A stretch of 64,000 nucleotides of DNA from the NCBI GenBank assembly GCA_964057225.1, contig OZ059895.1, positions 2,790,001-2,854,000 of the forward strand, read 5' to 3'. Under the pieces are notes generated by a model that was given only the letters and a program-made list of their open reading frames with translations, ran no database searches and was not told the DNA's origin. How positions within the stretch are numbered: the first letter of the stretch is position 1; each line of letters starts with the position of its first letter. Shown in pieces: positions 41,031 to 54,300 of this stretch. The stretch comes from Auanema rhodensis (lineage: Eukaryota > Animalia > Nematoda). A program made the position numbers and the translations under genes.

Positions 41031-44000
41031 AGATTTTCGAACTTTTATCCAGTTTCTTTTTCAAACTTTGATTAAGAACTTTGATTTTCGTACACCCATA
41101 AATTATACGCAGCACAGGTTACCCTTAATTAATGAACTGACCGACTAATCAGACATGGATCTTTCCAAGTTCTGTTGCTTGAACGGATGTTTTCCTACGT
41201 AGGCTAGTAAAACGTGCCCTTCAAAGCATCAGAACATGTGATCACATTCCAATATTTTTGTATCTATCTTGTAAAGATAGTAATATATCATATGTTGAAC
41301 ACTATGTTGGAAAGATTTTAAATCAGATTTTCTCAACTTTCACTCAGTTTGTTTTCTTAACTTTGATTAAGAACCTTGTTGTTCGTACACCCATAAAATA
41401 TACGCAGCACAGGTTACCCTTAAATAATGAACTGACCGACTAATCAGACATGGATCTTTCCAAGTTCTGTTGCTTGAACGGATGTTTTCCTACGTAGGCT
41501 AGTAAAACATGCCCTTCAAAGCATCAGAACATGTGATCAAATTCCAATTTTTTTGTATCTATCTTGTAAAGATAGTAATATATCATATGTTGAACACTAT
41601 GTTGGAAAGATTTTCATTCAGATTTTTTAATTTTTATTCAGTTTGTTTTTTAAACTTTGATTAAGAACTTTGATTTTTGTTTACCCATAAATTATACGCA
41701 GCACAGGTTACCCTTAAATAATGAACTGACCGACTAATCAGACATGAATCTTTCCAAGTTCTGTTGCTTGAACGGATGTTTTCCTACGTAGGCTAGTAAA
41801 ACATGCCCTTCAAAGCATCAGAACATGTGATCACATTCCAATTTTTTTGTATCTATCTTGTAAAGATAGTAATATATCATATGTTGAACACTATGTTGGA
41901 AAGATTTTAATTCAGATTTTTTCAACTTTCACTCAGTTTGTTTTCTTAACTTTGATTAAGAACCTTGAGTTTTGTACACCCATAAATTATACGCAGCACA
42001 GGTTACCCTTAAATAATGAACTGACCGACTAATCAGACATGGATCTTTCCTAGTTCTGTTGCTTGAATGGATGTTTTCCTACGTAGGCTAGTAAAACATG
42101 CCCTTCAAAGCATCAGAACATGTGATCACATTCCAATATTTTTGTATCTATCTTGTAAAGATAGTAATATATCATATGTTGAACACTATGTTGGAAAGAT
42201 TTTAATTCAGATTTTTTCAACTTTCACTCAGTTTGTTTTCTAAACTTTGATTGAGAACCTTGAGTTTTGTACACCCATAAATTATACGCAGCACAGGTTA
42301 CCCTTAAATAATGAACTGACCGACTAATCAGACATGGATCTTTCCTAGTTCTGTTGCTTGAATGGATGTTTTCCTACGTAGGCTAGTAAAACATGCCCTT
42401 CAAAGCATCAGAACATGTGATCACATTCCAATTTTTTTGTATCTATCTTGTAAAGATAGTAATATATCATATGTTGAACACTATGTTGGAAAAATTTTAA
42501 TTCAGATTTTCGAACTTTTTTTCAGTTTGTTTTTCAAACTTTGATTAAGAACTTTGATTTTCGTACACCCATAAATTATACGCAGCACAGGTTACCCTTA
42601 ATTAATGAACTGACCGACTAATCAGACATGGATCTTTCCAAGTTCTGTTGCTTGAACGGATGTTTTCCTACGTAGGCTAGTAAAACATGCCCTTCAAAGC
42701 ATCAGAACATGTGACCACATTCCAATTTTTTTGTATCTATCTTGTAAAGATAGTAATAAACTTTGATTTTTGTACACCCATAAATTATACGCAGCACAGG
42801 TTACCCTTAATTAATGAACTGACCGACTAATCAGACATGGATCTTTCCAAGTTCTGTTGCTTGAACGGATGTTTTCCTACGTAGGCTAGTAAAACATGCC
42901 CTTCAAAGCATCAGAACATGTGATCAAATTCCAATTTTTTTGTATCTATCTTGTAAAGATAGTAATATATCATATGTTGAACACTATGTTGGAAAGATTT
43001 TCATTCAGATTTTTTAATTTTTATTCAGTTTGTTTTTTAAACTTTGATTAAGAACTTTGATTTTTGTTTTCCCATAAATTATACGCAGCACAGGTTACCC
43101 TTAAATAATGAACTGACCGACTAATCAGACATGGATCTTTCCAAGTTCTGTTGCTTGAACGGATGTTTTCCTACGTAGGCTAGTAAAACATGCCCTTCAA
43201 AGCATCAGAACATGTGATCACATTCCAATATTTTTGTATCTATCTTGTAAAGATAGTAATATATCATATGTTGAACACTATGTTGGAAAGATTTTAATTC
43301 AGATTTTCGAACTTTTATCCAGTTTCTTTTTCAAACTTTGATTAAGAACTTTGATTTTCGTACACCCATAAATTATACGCAGCACAGGTTACCCTTAATT
43401 AATGAACTGACCGACTAATCAGACATGGATCTTTCCAAGTTCTGTTGCTTGAACGGATGTTTTCCTACGTAGGCTAGTAAAACATGCCCTTCAAAGCATC
43501 AGAACATGTGATCACATTCCAATATTTTTGTATCTATCTTGTAAAGATAGTAATATATCATATGTTGAACACTATGTTGGAAAGATTTTAAATCAGATTT
43601 TCTCAACTTTCACTCAGTTTGTTTTCTTAACTTTGATTAAGAACCTTGTTGTTCGTACACCCATAAAATATACGCAGCACAGGTTACCCTTAAATAATGA
43701 ACTGACCGACTAATCAGACATGGATCTTTCCAAGTTCTGTTGCTTGAACGGATGTTTTCCTACGTAGGCTAGTAAAACATGCCCTTCAAAGCATCAGAAC
43801 ATGTGATCAAATTCCAATTTTTTTGTATCTATCTTGTAAAGATAGTAATATATCATATGTTGAACACTATGTTGGAAAGATTTTCATTCAGATTTTTTAA
43901 TTTTTATTCAGTTTGTTTTTTAAACTTTGATTAAGAACTTTGATTTTTGTTTACCCATAAATTATACGCAGCACAGGTTACCCTTAAATAATGAACTGAC

Positions 44001-45190
44001 CGACTAATCAGACATGAATCTTTCCAAGTTCTGTTGCTTGAACGGATGTTTTCCTACGTAGGCTAGTAAAACATGCCCTTCAAAGCATCAGAACATGTGA
44101 TCACATTCCAATTTTTTTGTATCTATCTTGTAAAGATAGTAATATATCATATGTTGAACACTATGTTGGAAAGATTTTAATTCAGATTTTTTCAACTTTC
44201 ACTCAGTTTGTTTTCTTAACTTTGATTAAGAACCTTGAGTTTTGTACACCCATAAATTATACGCAGCACAGGTTACCCTTAAATAATGAACTGACCGACT
44301 AATCAGACATGGATCTTTCCTAGTTCTGTTGCTTGAATGGATGTTTTCCTACGTAGGCTAGTAAAACATGCCCTTCAAAGCATCAGAACATGTGATCACA
44401 TTCCAATATTTTTGTATCTATCTTGTAAAGATAGTAATATATCATATGTTGAACACTATGTTGGAAAGATTTTAATTCAGATTTTTTCAACTTTCACTCA
44501 GTTGTTTTCTAAACTTTGATTAAGAACCTTGAGTTTTGTACACCCATAAATTATACGCAGCACAGGTTACCCTTAAATATAGAACTGACCGACTAATCAG
44601 ACATGGATCTTTCCTAGTTCTGTTGCTTGAATGGATGTTTTCCTACGTAGGCTAGTAAAACATGCTCTTCAAAGCATCAGAACATGTGATCACATTCCAA
44701 TTTTTTTGTATCTATCTTGTAAAGATAGTAATATATCATATGTTGAACACTATGTTGGAAAAATTTTAATTCAGATTTTCGAACTTTTTTTCAGTTTGTT
44801 TTTCAAACTTTGATTAAGAACTTTGATTTTCGTACACCCATAAATTATACGCAGCACAGGTTACCCTTAATTAATGAACTGACCGACTAATCAGACATGG
44901 ATCTTTCCAAGTTCTGTTGCTTGAACGGATGTTTTCCTACGTAGGCTAGTAAAACATGCCCTTCAAAGCATCAGAACATGTGACCACATTCCAATTTTTT
45001 TGTATCTATCTTGTAAAGATAGTAATAAACTTTGATTTTTGTACACCCATAAATTATACGCAGCACAGGTTACCCTTAATTAATGAACTGACCGACTAAT
45101 CAGACATGGATCTTTCCAAGTTCTGTTGCTTGAACGGATGTTTTCCTACGTAGGCTAGTAAAACATGCCCTTCAAAGCATCAGAACATGT
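40810..45190. repeat. Higher-order repeat, ~2270-bp period (8 monomers including one 209-bp unit), ~2 copies
   Basis: Offsets 41258/43528 and 41847/44117 are 2270. Offset 42362/44631 is 2269, following a 1-bp deletion near 44503. Confidence 0.88.
42656..42864. repeat. 209-bp deletion monomer (85 bp deleted), first of 12 copies
   Basis: Junction GATAGTAATA|AACTTTGATTTTTG near 42758. It lacks the segment equivalent to 96-180 of the first unit. Units start at 42656, 44925, 50730, 52707, 54094, 54892, 56575, 57962, 58760, 60148, 62123 and 63510. Confidence 0.95.
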
Positions 45191-48100
45191 GATCAGATTC
45201 CAATTTTTTTGTATCTATCTTGTAAAGATAGTAATATATCATATGTTGAACACTATGTTGGAAAGATTTTAATTCAGATTTTTTCAACTTTCACTCAGTT
45301 TGTTTTCTAAACTTTGATTAAGAACCTTGTTGTTTGTACACCCATAAAATATACGCAGCACAGGTTACCCTTAAATAATGAACTGACCGTCTAATCAGAC
45401 ATGGATCTTCCCAAGTTCTGTTGCTTGAATGGATGTTTTCCTACGTAGGCTAGTAAAACATGCCCTTCAAAGCATCAGAACATGTGATCACATTCCAGTT
45501 TTTTTGTATCTATCTTGTAAAGATAGTAATATATCATATGTTGAACACTATGTTGGAAAGATTTTAAATCAGAATTTTTCAACTTTCACTCAGTTTGTTT
45601 TCTAAACTTTGATTAAGAACCTTGAGTTTTGTACACCCATAAATTATACGCAGCACAGGTTACCCTTAAATAATGAACTGACCGACTAATCAGACATGGA
45701 TCTTTCCTAGTTCTGTTGCTTGAATAGATGTTTTCCTACGTAGGCTAGTAAAACATGCCCTTCAAAGCATCAGAACATGTGATCACATTCCAATTTTTTT
45801 GTATCTATCTTGTTAAGATAGTAATATATCATATGTTGAACACTATGTTGGAAAGATTTTAATTCAGATTTTCGAACTTTTATTCAGTTTGTTTTTTAAA
45901 CTTTGATTAAGAACTTTGATTTTTGTACACCCATAAATTATACGCAGCACAGGTTACCCTTAATTAATGAACTGACCGACTAATCAGACATGGATCTTTC
46001 CAAGTTCTGTTGCTTGAACGGATGTTTTCCTACGTAGGCTAGTAAAACATGCCCTTCAAAGCATCAGAACATGTGATCAAATTCCAATTTTTTTGTATCT
46101 ATCTTGTAAAGATAGTAATATATCATATGTTGAACACTATGTTGGAAAGATTTTCATTCAGATTTTTTAATTTTTATTCAGTTTGTTTTTTAAACTTTGA
46201 TTAAGAACTTTGATTTTTGTACACTCATAAATTATACGCAGCACAGGTTACCCTTAAATAATGAACTGACCGACTAATCAGACATGGATCTTTCCAAGTT
46301 CTGTTGCATGAACGGATGTTTTCCTACGTAGGCTAGTAAAACATGCCCTTCAAAGCATCAGAACATGTGATCACATTCCAATTTTTTTGTATCTACCTTG
46401 TAAAGATAGTAATATATCATATGTTGAACACTATGTTGGAAAGATTTTCATTCAGATTTTTTAATTTTTATTCAGTTTGTTTTTTAAACTTTGATTAAGA
46501 ACTTTGATTTTTGTACACTCATAAATTATACGCAGCACAGGTTACCCTTAAATAATGAACTGACCGACTAATCAGACATGGATCTTTCCTAGTTCTGTTG
46601 CTTGAATGGATGTTTTCCTACGTAGGCTAGTAAAACATGCCCTTCAAAGCATCAGAACATGTGATCACATTCCAATTTTTTTGTATCTATCTTGTAAAGA
46701 TAGTAATATATCATATGTTGAACACTATGTTGGAAAGATTTTAATTCAGATTTTCGAACTTTTATTCAGTTTGTTTTTTAAACTTTGATTAAGAACTTTG
46801 ATTTTTGTACACCCATAAATTATACGCAGCACAGGTTACCCTTAATTAATGAACTGACCGACTAATCAGACATGGATCTTTTCTAGTTCTGTTGCTTGAA
46901 CGGATGTTTTCCTACGTAGGCTAGTAAAACATGCCCTTCAAAGCATCAGAACATGTGATCACATTCCAATATTTTTGTATCTATCTTGTAAAGATAGTAA
47001 TATATCATATGTTGAACACTATGTTGGAAAGATTTTAAATCAGATTTTTTCAACTTTCACTCAGTTTATTTTCTTAACTTTGATTAAGAACCTTGTTGTT
47101 TGTACACCCATAAAATATACGCAGCACAGGTTACCCTTAAATAATGAACTGACCGTCTAATCAGACATGGATCTTCCCAAGTTCTGTTGCTTGAATGGAT
47201 GTTTTCCTACGTAGGCTAGTAAAACATGCCCTTCAAAGCATCAGAACATGTGATCACATTCCAGTTTTTTTGTATCTATCTTGTAAAGATAGTAATATAT
47301 CATATGTTGAACACTATGTTGGAAAGATTTTAAATCAGAATTTTTCAACTTTCACTCAGTTTGTTTTCTAAACTTTGATTAAGAACCTTGAGTTTTGTAC
47401 ACCCATAAATTATACGCAGCACAGGTTACCCTTAAATAATGAACTGACCGACTAATCAGACATGGATCTTTCCTAGTTCTGTTGCTTGAATAGATGTTTT
47501 CCTACGAAGGCTAGTAAAACATGCCCTTCAAAGCATCAGAACATGTGATCACATTCCAATATTTTTGTATCTATCTTGTAAAGATAGTAATATATCATAT
47601 GTTGAACACTATGTTGGAAAGATTTTAAATCAGATTTTTTCAACTTTCTGTCAGTTTATTTTCTTAACTTTGATTAAGAACCTTGTTGTTCGTACACCCA
47701 TAAAATATACGCAGCACAGGTTACCCTTAAATAATGAACTGACCGACTAATCAGACATGGATCTTTCCAAGTTCTGTTGCTTGAACGGATGTTTTCCTAC
47801 GTAGGCTAGTAAAACATGCCCTTCAAAGCATCAGAACATGTGATCACATTCCAATTTTTTTGTATCTATCTTGTAAAGATAGTAATATATCATATGTTGA
47901 ACACTATGTTGGAAAGATTTTAATTCAGATTTTCGAACTTTTATTCAGTTTGTTTTTTAAACTTTGATTAAGAACTTTGATTTTTGTACACCCATAAATT
48001 ATACGCAGCACAGGTTACCCTTAATTAATGAACTGACCGACTAATCAGACATGGATCTTTCCAAGTTCTGTTGCTTGAACGGATGTTTTCCTACGAAGGC

Positions 48101-51100
48101 TAGTAAAACATGCCCTTCAAAGCATCAGAACATGTGATCACATTCCAATATTTTTGTATCTATCTTGTAAAGATAGTAATATATCATATGTTGAACACTA
48201 TGTTGGAAAGATTTTAATTCAGATTTTTTCAACTTTCACTCAGTTTATTTTCTTAACTTTGATTAAGAACCTTGTTGTTTGTACACCCATAAAATATACG
48301 CAGCACAGGTTACCCTTAAATAATGAACTGACCGTCTAATCAGACATGGATCTTCCCAAGTTCTGTTGCTTGAATGGATGTTTTCCTACGTAGGCTAGTA
48401 AAACATGCCCTTCAAAGCATCAGAACATGTGATCACATTCCAGTTTTTTTGTATCTATCTTGTAAAGATAGTAATATATCATATGTTGAACACTATGTTG
48501 GAAAGATTTTAAATCAGAATTTTTCAACTTTCACTCAGTTTGTTTTCTAAACTTTGATTAAGAACTTTGATTTTTGTACACCCATAAATTATACGCAGCA
48601 CAGGTTACCCTTAATTAATGAACTGACCGACTAATCAGACATGGATCTTTCCAAGTTCTGTTGCTTGAACGGATGTTTTCCTACGAAGGCTAGTAAAACA
48701 TGCCCTTCAAAGCATCAGAACATGTGATCACATTCCAATATTTTTGTATCTATCTTGTAAAGATAGTAATATATCATATGTTGAACACTATGTTGGAAAG
48801 ATTTTCATTCAGATTTTTTAATTTTTATTCAGTTTGTTTTTTAAACTTTGATTAAGAACTTTGATTTTTGTACACTCATAAATTATACGCAGCACAGGTT
48901 ACCCTTAAATAATGAACTGACCGACTAATCAGACATGGATCTTTCCAAGTTCTGTTGCATGAACGGATGTTTTCCTACGTAGGCTAGTAAAACATGCCCT
49001 TCAAAGCATCAGAACATGTGATCACATTCCAATTTTTTTGTATCTACCTTGTAAAGATAGTAATATATCATATGTTGAACACTATGTTGGAAAGATTTTA
49101 ATTCAGATTTTTTCAACTTTCACTCAGTTTGTTTTCTAAACTTTGATTAAGAACCTTGTTGTTTGTACACCCATAAAATATACGCAGCACAGGTTACCCT
49201 TAAATAATGAACTGACCGACTAATCAGACATGGATCTTTCCTAGTTCTGTTGCTTGAATGGATGTTTTCCTACGTAGGCTAGTAAAACATGCCCTTCAAA
49301 GCATCAGAACATGTGATCACATTCCAATTTTTTTGTATCTATCTTGTAAAGATAGTAATATATCATATGTTGAACACTATGTTGGAAAGATTTTAATTCA
49401 GATTTTCGAACTTTTATTCAGTTTGTTTTTTAAACTTTGATTAAGAACTTTGATTTTTGTACACCCATAAATTATACGCAGCACAGGTTACCCTTAATTA
49501 ATGAACTGACCGACTAATCAGACATGGATCTTTCCAAGTTCTGTTGCTTGAACGGATGTTTTCCTACGAAGGCTAGTAAAACATGCCCTTCAAAGCATCA
49601 GAACATGTGATCACATTCCAATATTTTTGTATCTATCTTGTAAAGATAGTAATATATCATATGTTGAACACTATGTTGGAAAGATTTTAAATCAGATTTT
49701 TTCAACTTTCACTCAGTTTATTTTCTTAACTTTGATTAAGAACCTTGTTGTTCGTACACCCATAAAATATACGCAGCACAGGTTACCCTTAAATAATGAA
49801 CTGACCGACTAATCAGACATGGATCTTTCCAAGTTCTGTTGCTTGAACGGATGTTTTCCTACGTAGGCTAGTAAAACATGCCCTTCAAAGCATCAGAACA
49901 TGTGATCACATTCCAATTTTTTTGTATCTATCTTGTAAAGATAGTAATATATCATATGTTGAACACTATGTTGGAAAGATTTTAATTCAGATTTTCGAAC
50001 TTTTATTCAGTTTGTTTTTTAAACTTTGATTAAGAACTTTGATTTTTGTACACCCATAAATTATACGCAGCACAGGTTACCCTTAATTAATGAACTGACC
50101 GACTAATCAGACATGGATCTTTCCAAGTTCTGTTGCTTGAACGGATGTTTTCCTACGAAGGCTAGTAAAACATGCCCTTCAAAGCATCAGAACATGTGAT
50201 CACATTCCAATATTTTTGTATCTATCTTGTAAAGATAGTAATATATCATATGTTGAACACTATGTTGGAAAGATTTTAATTCAGATTTTTTCAACTTTCA
50301 CTCAGTTTGTTTTCTAAACTTTGATTAAGAACCTTGAGTTTTGTACACCCATAAATTATACGCAGCACAGGTTACCCTTAAATAATGAACTGACCGACTA
50401 ATCAGACATGGATCTTTCCTAGTTCTGTTGCTTGAATGGATGTTTTCCTACGTAGGCTAGTAAAACATGCCCTTCAAAGCATCAGAACATGTGATCACAT
50501 TCCAATTTTTTTGTATCTATCTTGTAAAGATAGTAATATATCATATGTTGAACACTATGTTGGAAAGATTTTAATTCAGATTTTCGAACTTTTATCCAGT
50601 TTCTTTTTCAAACTTTGATTAAGAACTTTGATTTTCGTACACCCATAAATTATACGCAGCACAGGTTACCCTTAATTAATGAACTGACCGACTAATCAGA
50701 CATGGATCTTTCCAAGTTCTGTTGCTTGAACGGATGTTTTCCTACGTAGGCTAGTAAAACATGCCCTTCAAAGCATCAGAACATGTGACCACATTCCAAT
50801 TTTTTTGTATCTATCTTGTAAAGATAGTAATAAACTTTGATTTTTGTACACCCATAAATTATACGCAGCACAGGTTACCCTTAAATAATGATTTGACCGA
50901 CTAATCAGACATGGATCTTTCCAAGTTCTGTTGCTTGAACGGATGTTTTCCTACGTAGGCTAGTAAAACATGCCCTTCAAAGCATCAGAACATGTGATCA
51001 GATTCCAATTTTTTTGTATCTATCTTGTAAAGATAGTAATATATCATATGTTGAACACTATGTTGGAAAGATTTTAATTCAGATTTTTTCAACTTTCACT

Positions 51101-51304
51101 CAGTTTGTTTTCTAAACTTTGATTAAGAACCTTGTTGTTTGTACACCCATAAAATATACGCAGCACAGGTTACCCTTAAATAATGAACTGACCGTCTAAT
51201 CAGACATGGATCTTCCCAAGTTCTGTTGCTTGAATGGATGTTTTCCTACGTAGGCTAGTAAAACATGCCCTTCAAAGCATCAGAACATGTGATCACATTC
51301 CAGT

Positions 51305-54300
51305 TTTTTTGTATCTATCTTGTAAAGATAGTAATATATCATATGTTGAACACTATGTTGGAAAGATTTTAATTCAGATTTTCTAACTTTTATTCAGTTT
51401 GTTTTTTAAACTTTGATTAGGAACTTTGATTTTTGTACACCCATAAATTATACGCAGCACAGGTTACCCTTAAATAATGAACTGACCGACTAATCAGACA
51501 TGGATCTTTCCTAGTTCTGTTGCTTGAATGGATGTTTTCCTACGTAGGCTAGTAAAACATGCCCTTCAAAGCATCAGAACATGTGATCACATTCCAGTTT
51601 TTTTGTATCTATCTTGTAAAGATAGTAATATATCATATGTTGAACACTATGTTGGAAAGATTTTAATTCAGATTTTTTCAACTTTCACTCAGTTTGTTTT
51701 CTAAACTTTGATTAAGAACCTTGTTGTTTGTACACCCATAAATTATACGCAGCACAGGTTACCCTTAAATAATGAACTGACCGACTAATCAGACATGGAT
51801 CTTTCCTAGTTCTGTTGCTTGAATGGATGTTTTCCTACGTAGGCTAGTAAAACATGCCCTTCAAAGCATCAGAACATGTGATCACATTCCAGTTTTTTTG
51901 TATCTATCTTGTAAAGATAGTAATATATCATATGTTGAACACTATGTTGGAAAGATTTTAATTCAGATTTTTTCAACTTTCACTCAGTTTGTTTTCTAAA
52001 CTTTGATTAAGAACCTTGTTGTTTGTACACCCATAAATTATACGCAGCACAGGTTACCCTTAAATAATGAACTGACCGACTAATCAGACATGGATCTTTC
52101 CTAGTTCTGTTGCTTGAATGGATGTTTTCCTACGTAGGCTAGTAAAACATGCCCTTCAAAGCATCAGAACATGTGATCACATTCCAATATTTTTTTATCT
52201 ATCTTGTAAAGATAGTAATATATCATATGTTGAACACTATGTTGGAAAGATTTTAATTCAGATTTTTTCAACTTTCACTCAGTTTGTTTTCTAAACTTTG
52301 ATTAAGAACCTTGAGTTTTGTACACCCATAAATTATACGCAGCACAGGTTACCCTTAAATAATGAACTGACCGACTAATCAGACATGGATCTTTCCTAGT
52401 TCTGTTGCTTGAATGGATGTTTTCCTACGTAGGCTAGTAAAACATGCCCTTCAAAGCATCAGAACATGTGATCACATTCCAATTTTTTTGTATCTATCTT
52501 GTAAAGATAGTAATATATCATATGTTGAACACTATGTTGGAAAAATTTTAATTCAGATTTTCGAACTTTTTTTCAGTTTGTTTTTCAAACTTTGATTAAG
52601 AACTTTGATTTTCGTACACCCATAAATTATACGCAGCACAGGTTACCCTTAATTAATGAACTGACCGACTAATCAGACATGGATCTTTCCAAGTTCTGTT
52701 GCTTGAACGGATGTTTTCCTACGTAGGCTAGTAAAACATGCCCTTCAAAGCATCAGAACATGTGACCACATTCCAATTTTTTTGTATCTATCTTGTAAAG
52801 ATAGTAATAAACTTTGATTTTTGTACACCCATAAATTATACGCAGCACAGGTTACCCTTAAATAATGAACTGACTGTCTAATCAGACATGGATCTTCCCA
52901 AGTTCTGTTGCTTGAATGGATGTTTTCCTACGTAGGCTAGTAAAACATGCCCTTCAAAGCATCAGAACATGTGATCACATTCCAATTTTTTTGTATCTAT
53001 CTTGTAAAGATAGTAATATATCATATGTTGAACACTATGTTGGAAAGATTTTAATTCAGATTTTCGAACTTTTATTCAGTTTGTTTTTTAAACTTTGATT
53101 AAGAACTTTGATTTTTGTACACCCATAAATTATACGCAGCACAGGTTACCCTTAATTAATGAACTGCCCGACTAATCAGACATGGATCTTTCCAAGTTCT
53201 GTTGCTTGAATGGATGTTTTCCTACGTAGGCTAGTAAAACATGCCCTTCAAAGCATCAGAACATGTGATCACATTCCAATTTTTTTGTATCTATCTTGTA
53301 AAGATAGTAATATATCATATGTTGAACACTATGTTGGAAAGATTTTAATTCAGATTTTTTCAACTTTCACTCAGTTTGTTTTCTAAACTTTGATTAAGAA
53401 CCTTGAGTTTTGTACACCCATAAATTATACGCAGCACAGGTTACCCTTAAATAATGAACTGACCGACTAATCAGACATGGATCTTTCCTAGTTCTGTTGC
53501 TTGAATGGATGTTTTCCTACGTAGGCTAGTAAAACATGCCCTTCAAAGCATCAGAACATGTGATCACATTCCAATTTTTTTGTATCTATCTTGTAAAGAT
53601 AGTAATTATATCATATGTTGAACACTATGTTGGAAAGATTTTAATTCAGATTTTCTAACTTTTATTCAGTTTGTTTTTTAAACTTTGATTAAGAACTTTG
53701 ATTTTCGTACACCCATAAATTATACGCAGCACAGGTTACCCTTAAATAATGAACTGACCGACTAATCAGACATGGATCTTTCCTAGTTCTGTTGCTTGAA
53801 TGGATGTTTTCCTACGTAGGCTAGTAAAACATGCCCTTCAAAGCATCAGAACATGTGATCACATTCCAATATTTTTGTATCTATCTTGTAAAGATAGTAA
53901 TATATCATATGTTGAACACTATGTTGGAAAGATTTTAATTCAGATTTTCTAACTTTTATTCAGTTTGTTTTTTAAACTTTGATTAAGAACTTTGATTTTT
54001 GTACACCCATAAATTATACGCAGCACAGGTTACCCTTGAATAATGAACTGACCGACTAATCAGACATGGATCTTTCCTAGTTCTGTTGCTTGAATGGATG
54101 TTTTCCTACGTAGGCTAGTAAAACATGCCCTTCAAAGCATCAGAACATGTGATCACATTCCAATTTTTTTGTATCTATCTTGTAAAGATAGTAATAAACT
54201 TTGATTTTTGTACACCCATAAATTATACGCAGCACAGGTTACCCTTAAATAATGAACTGACCGACTAATCAGACATGGATCTTTCCAAGTTCTGTTGCTT

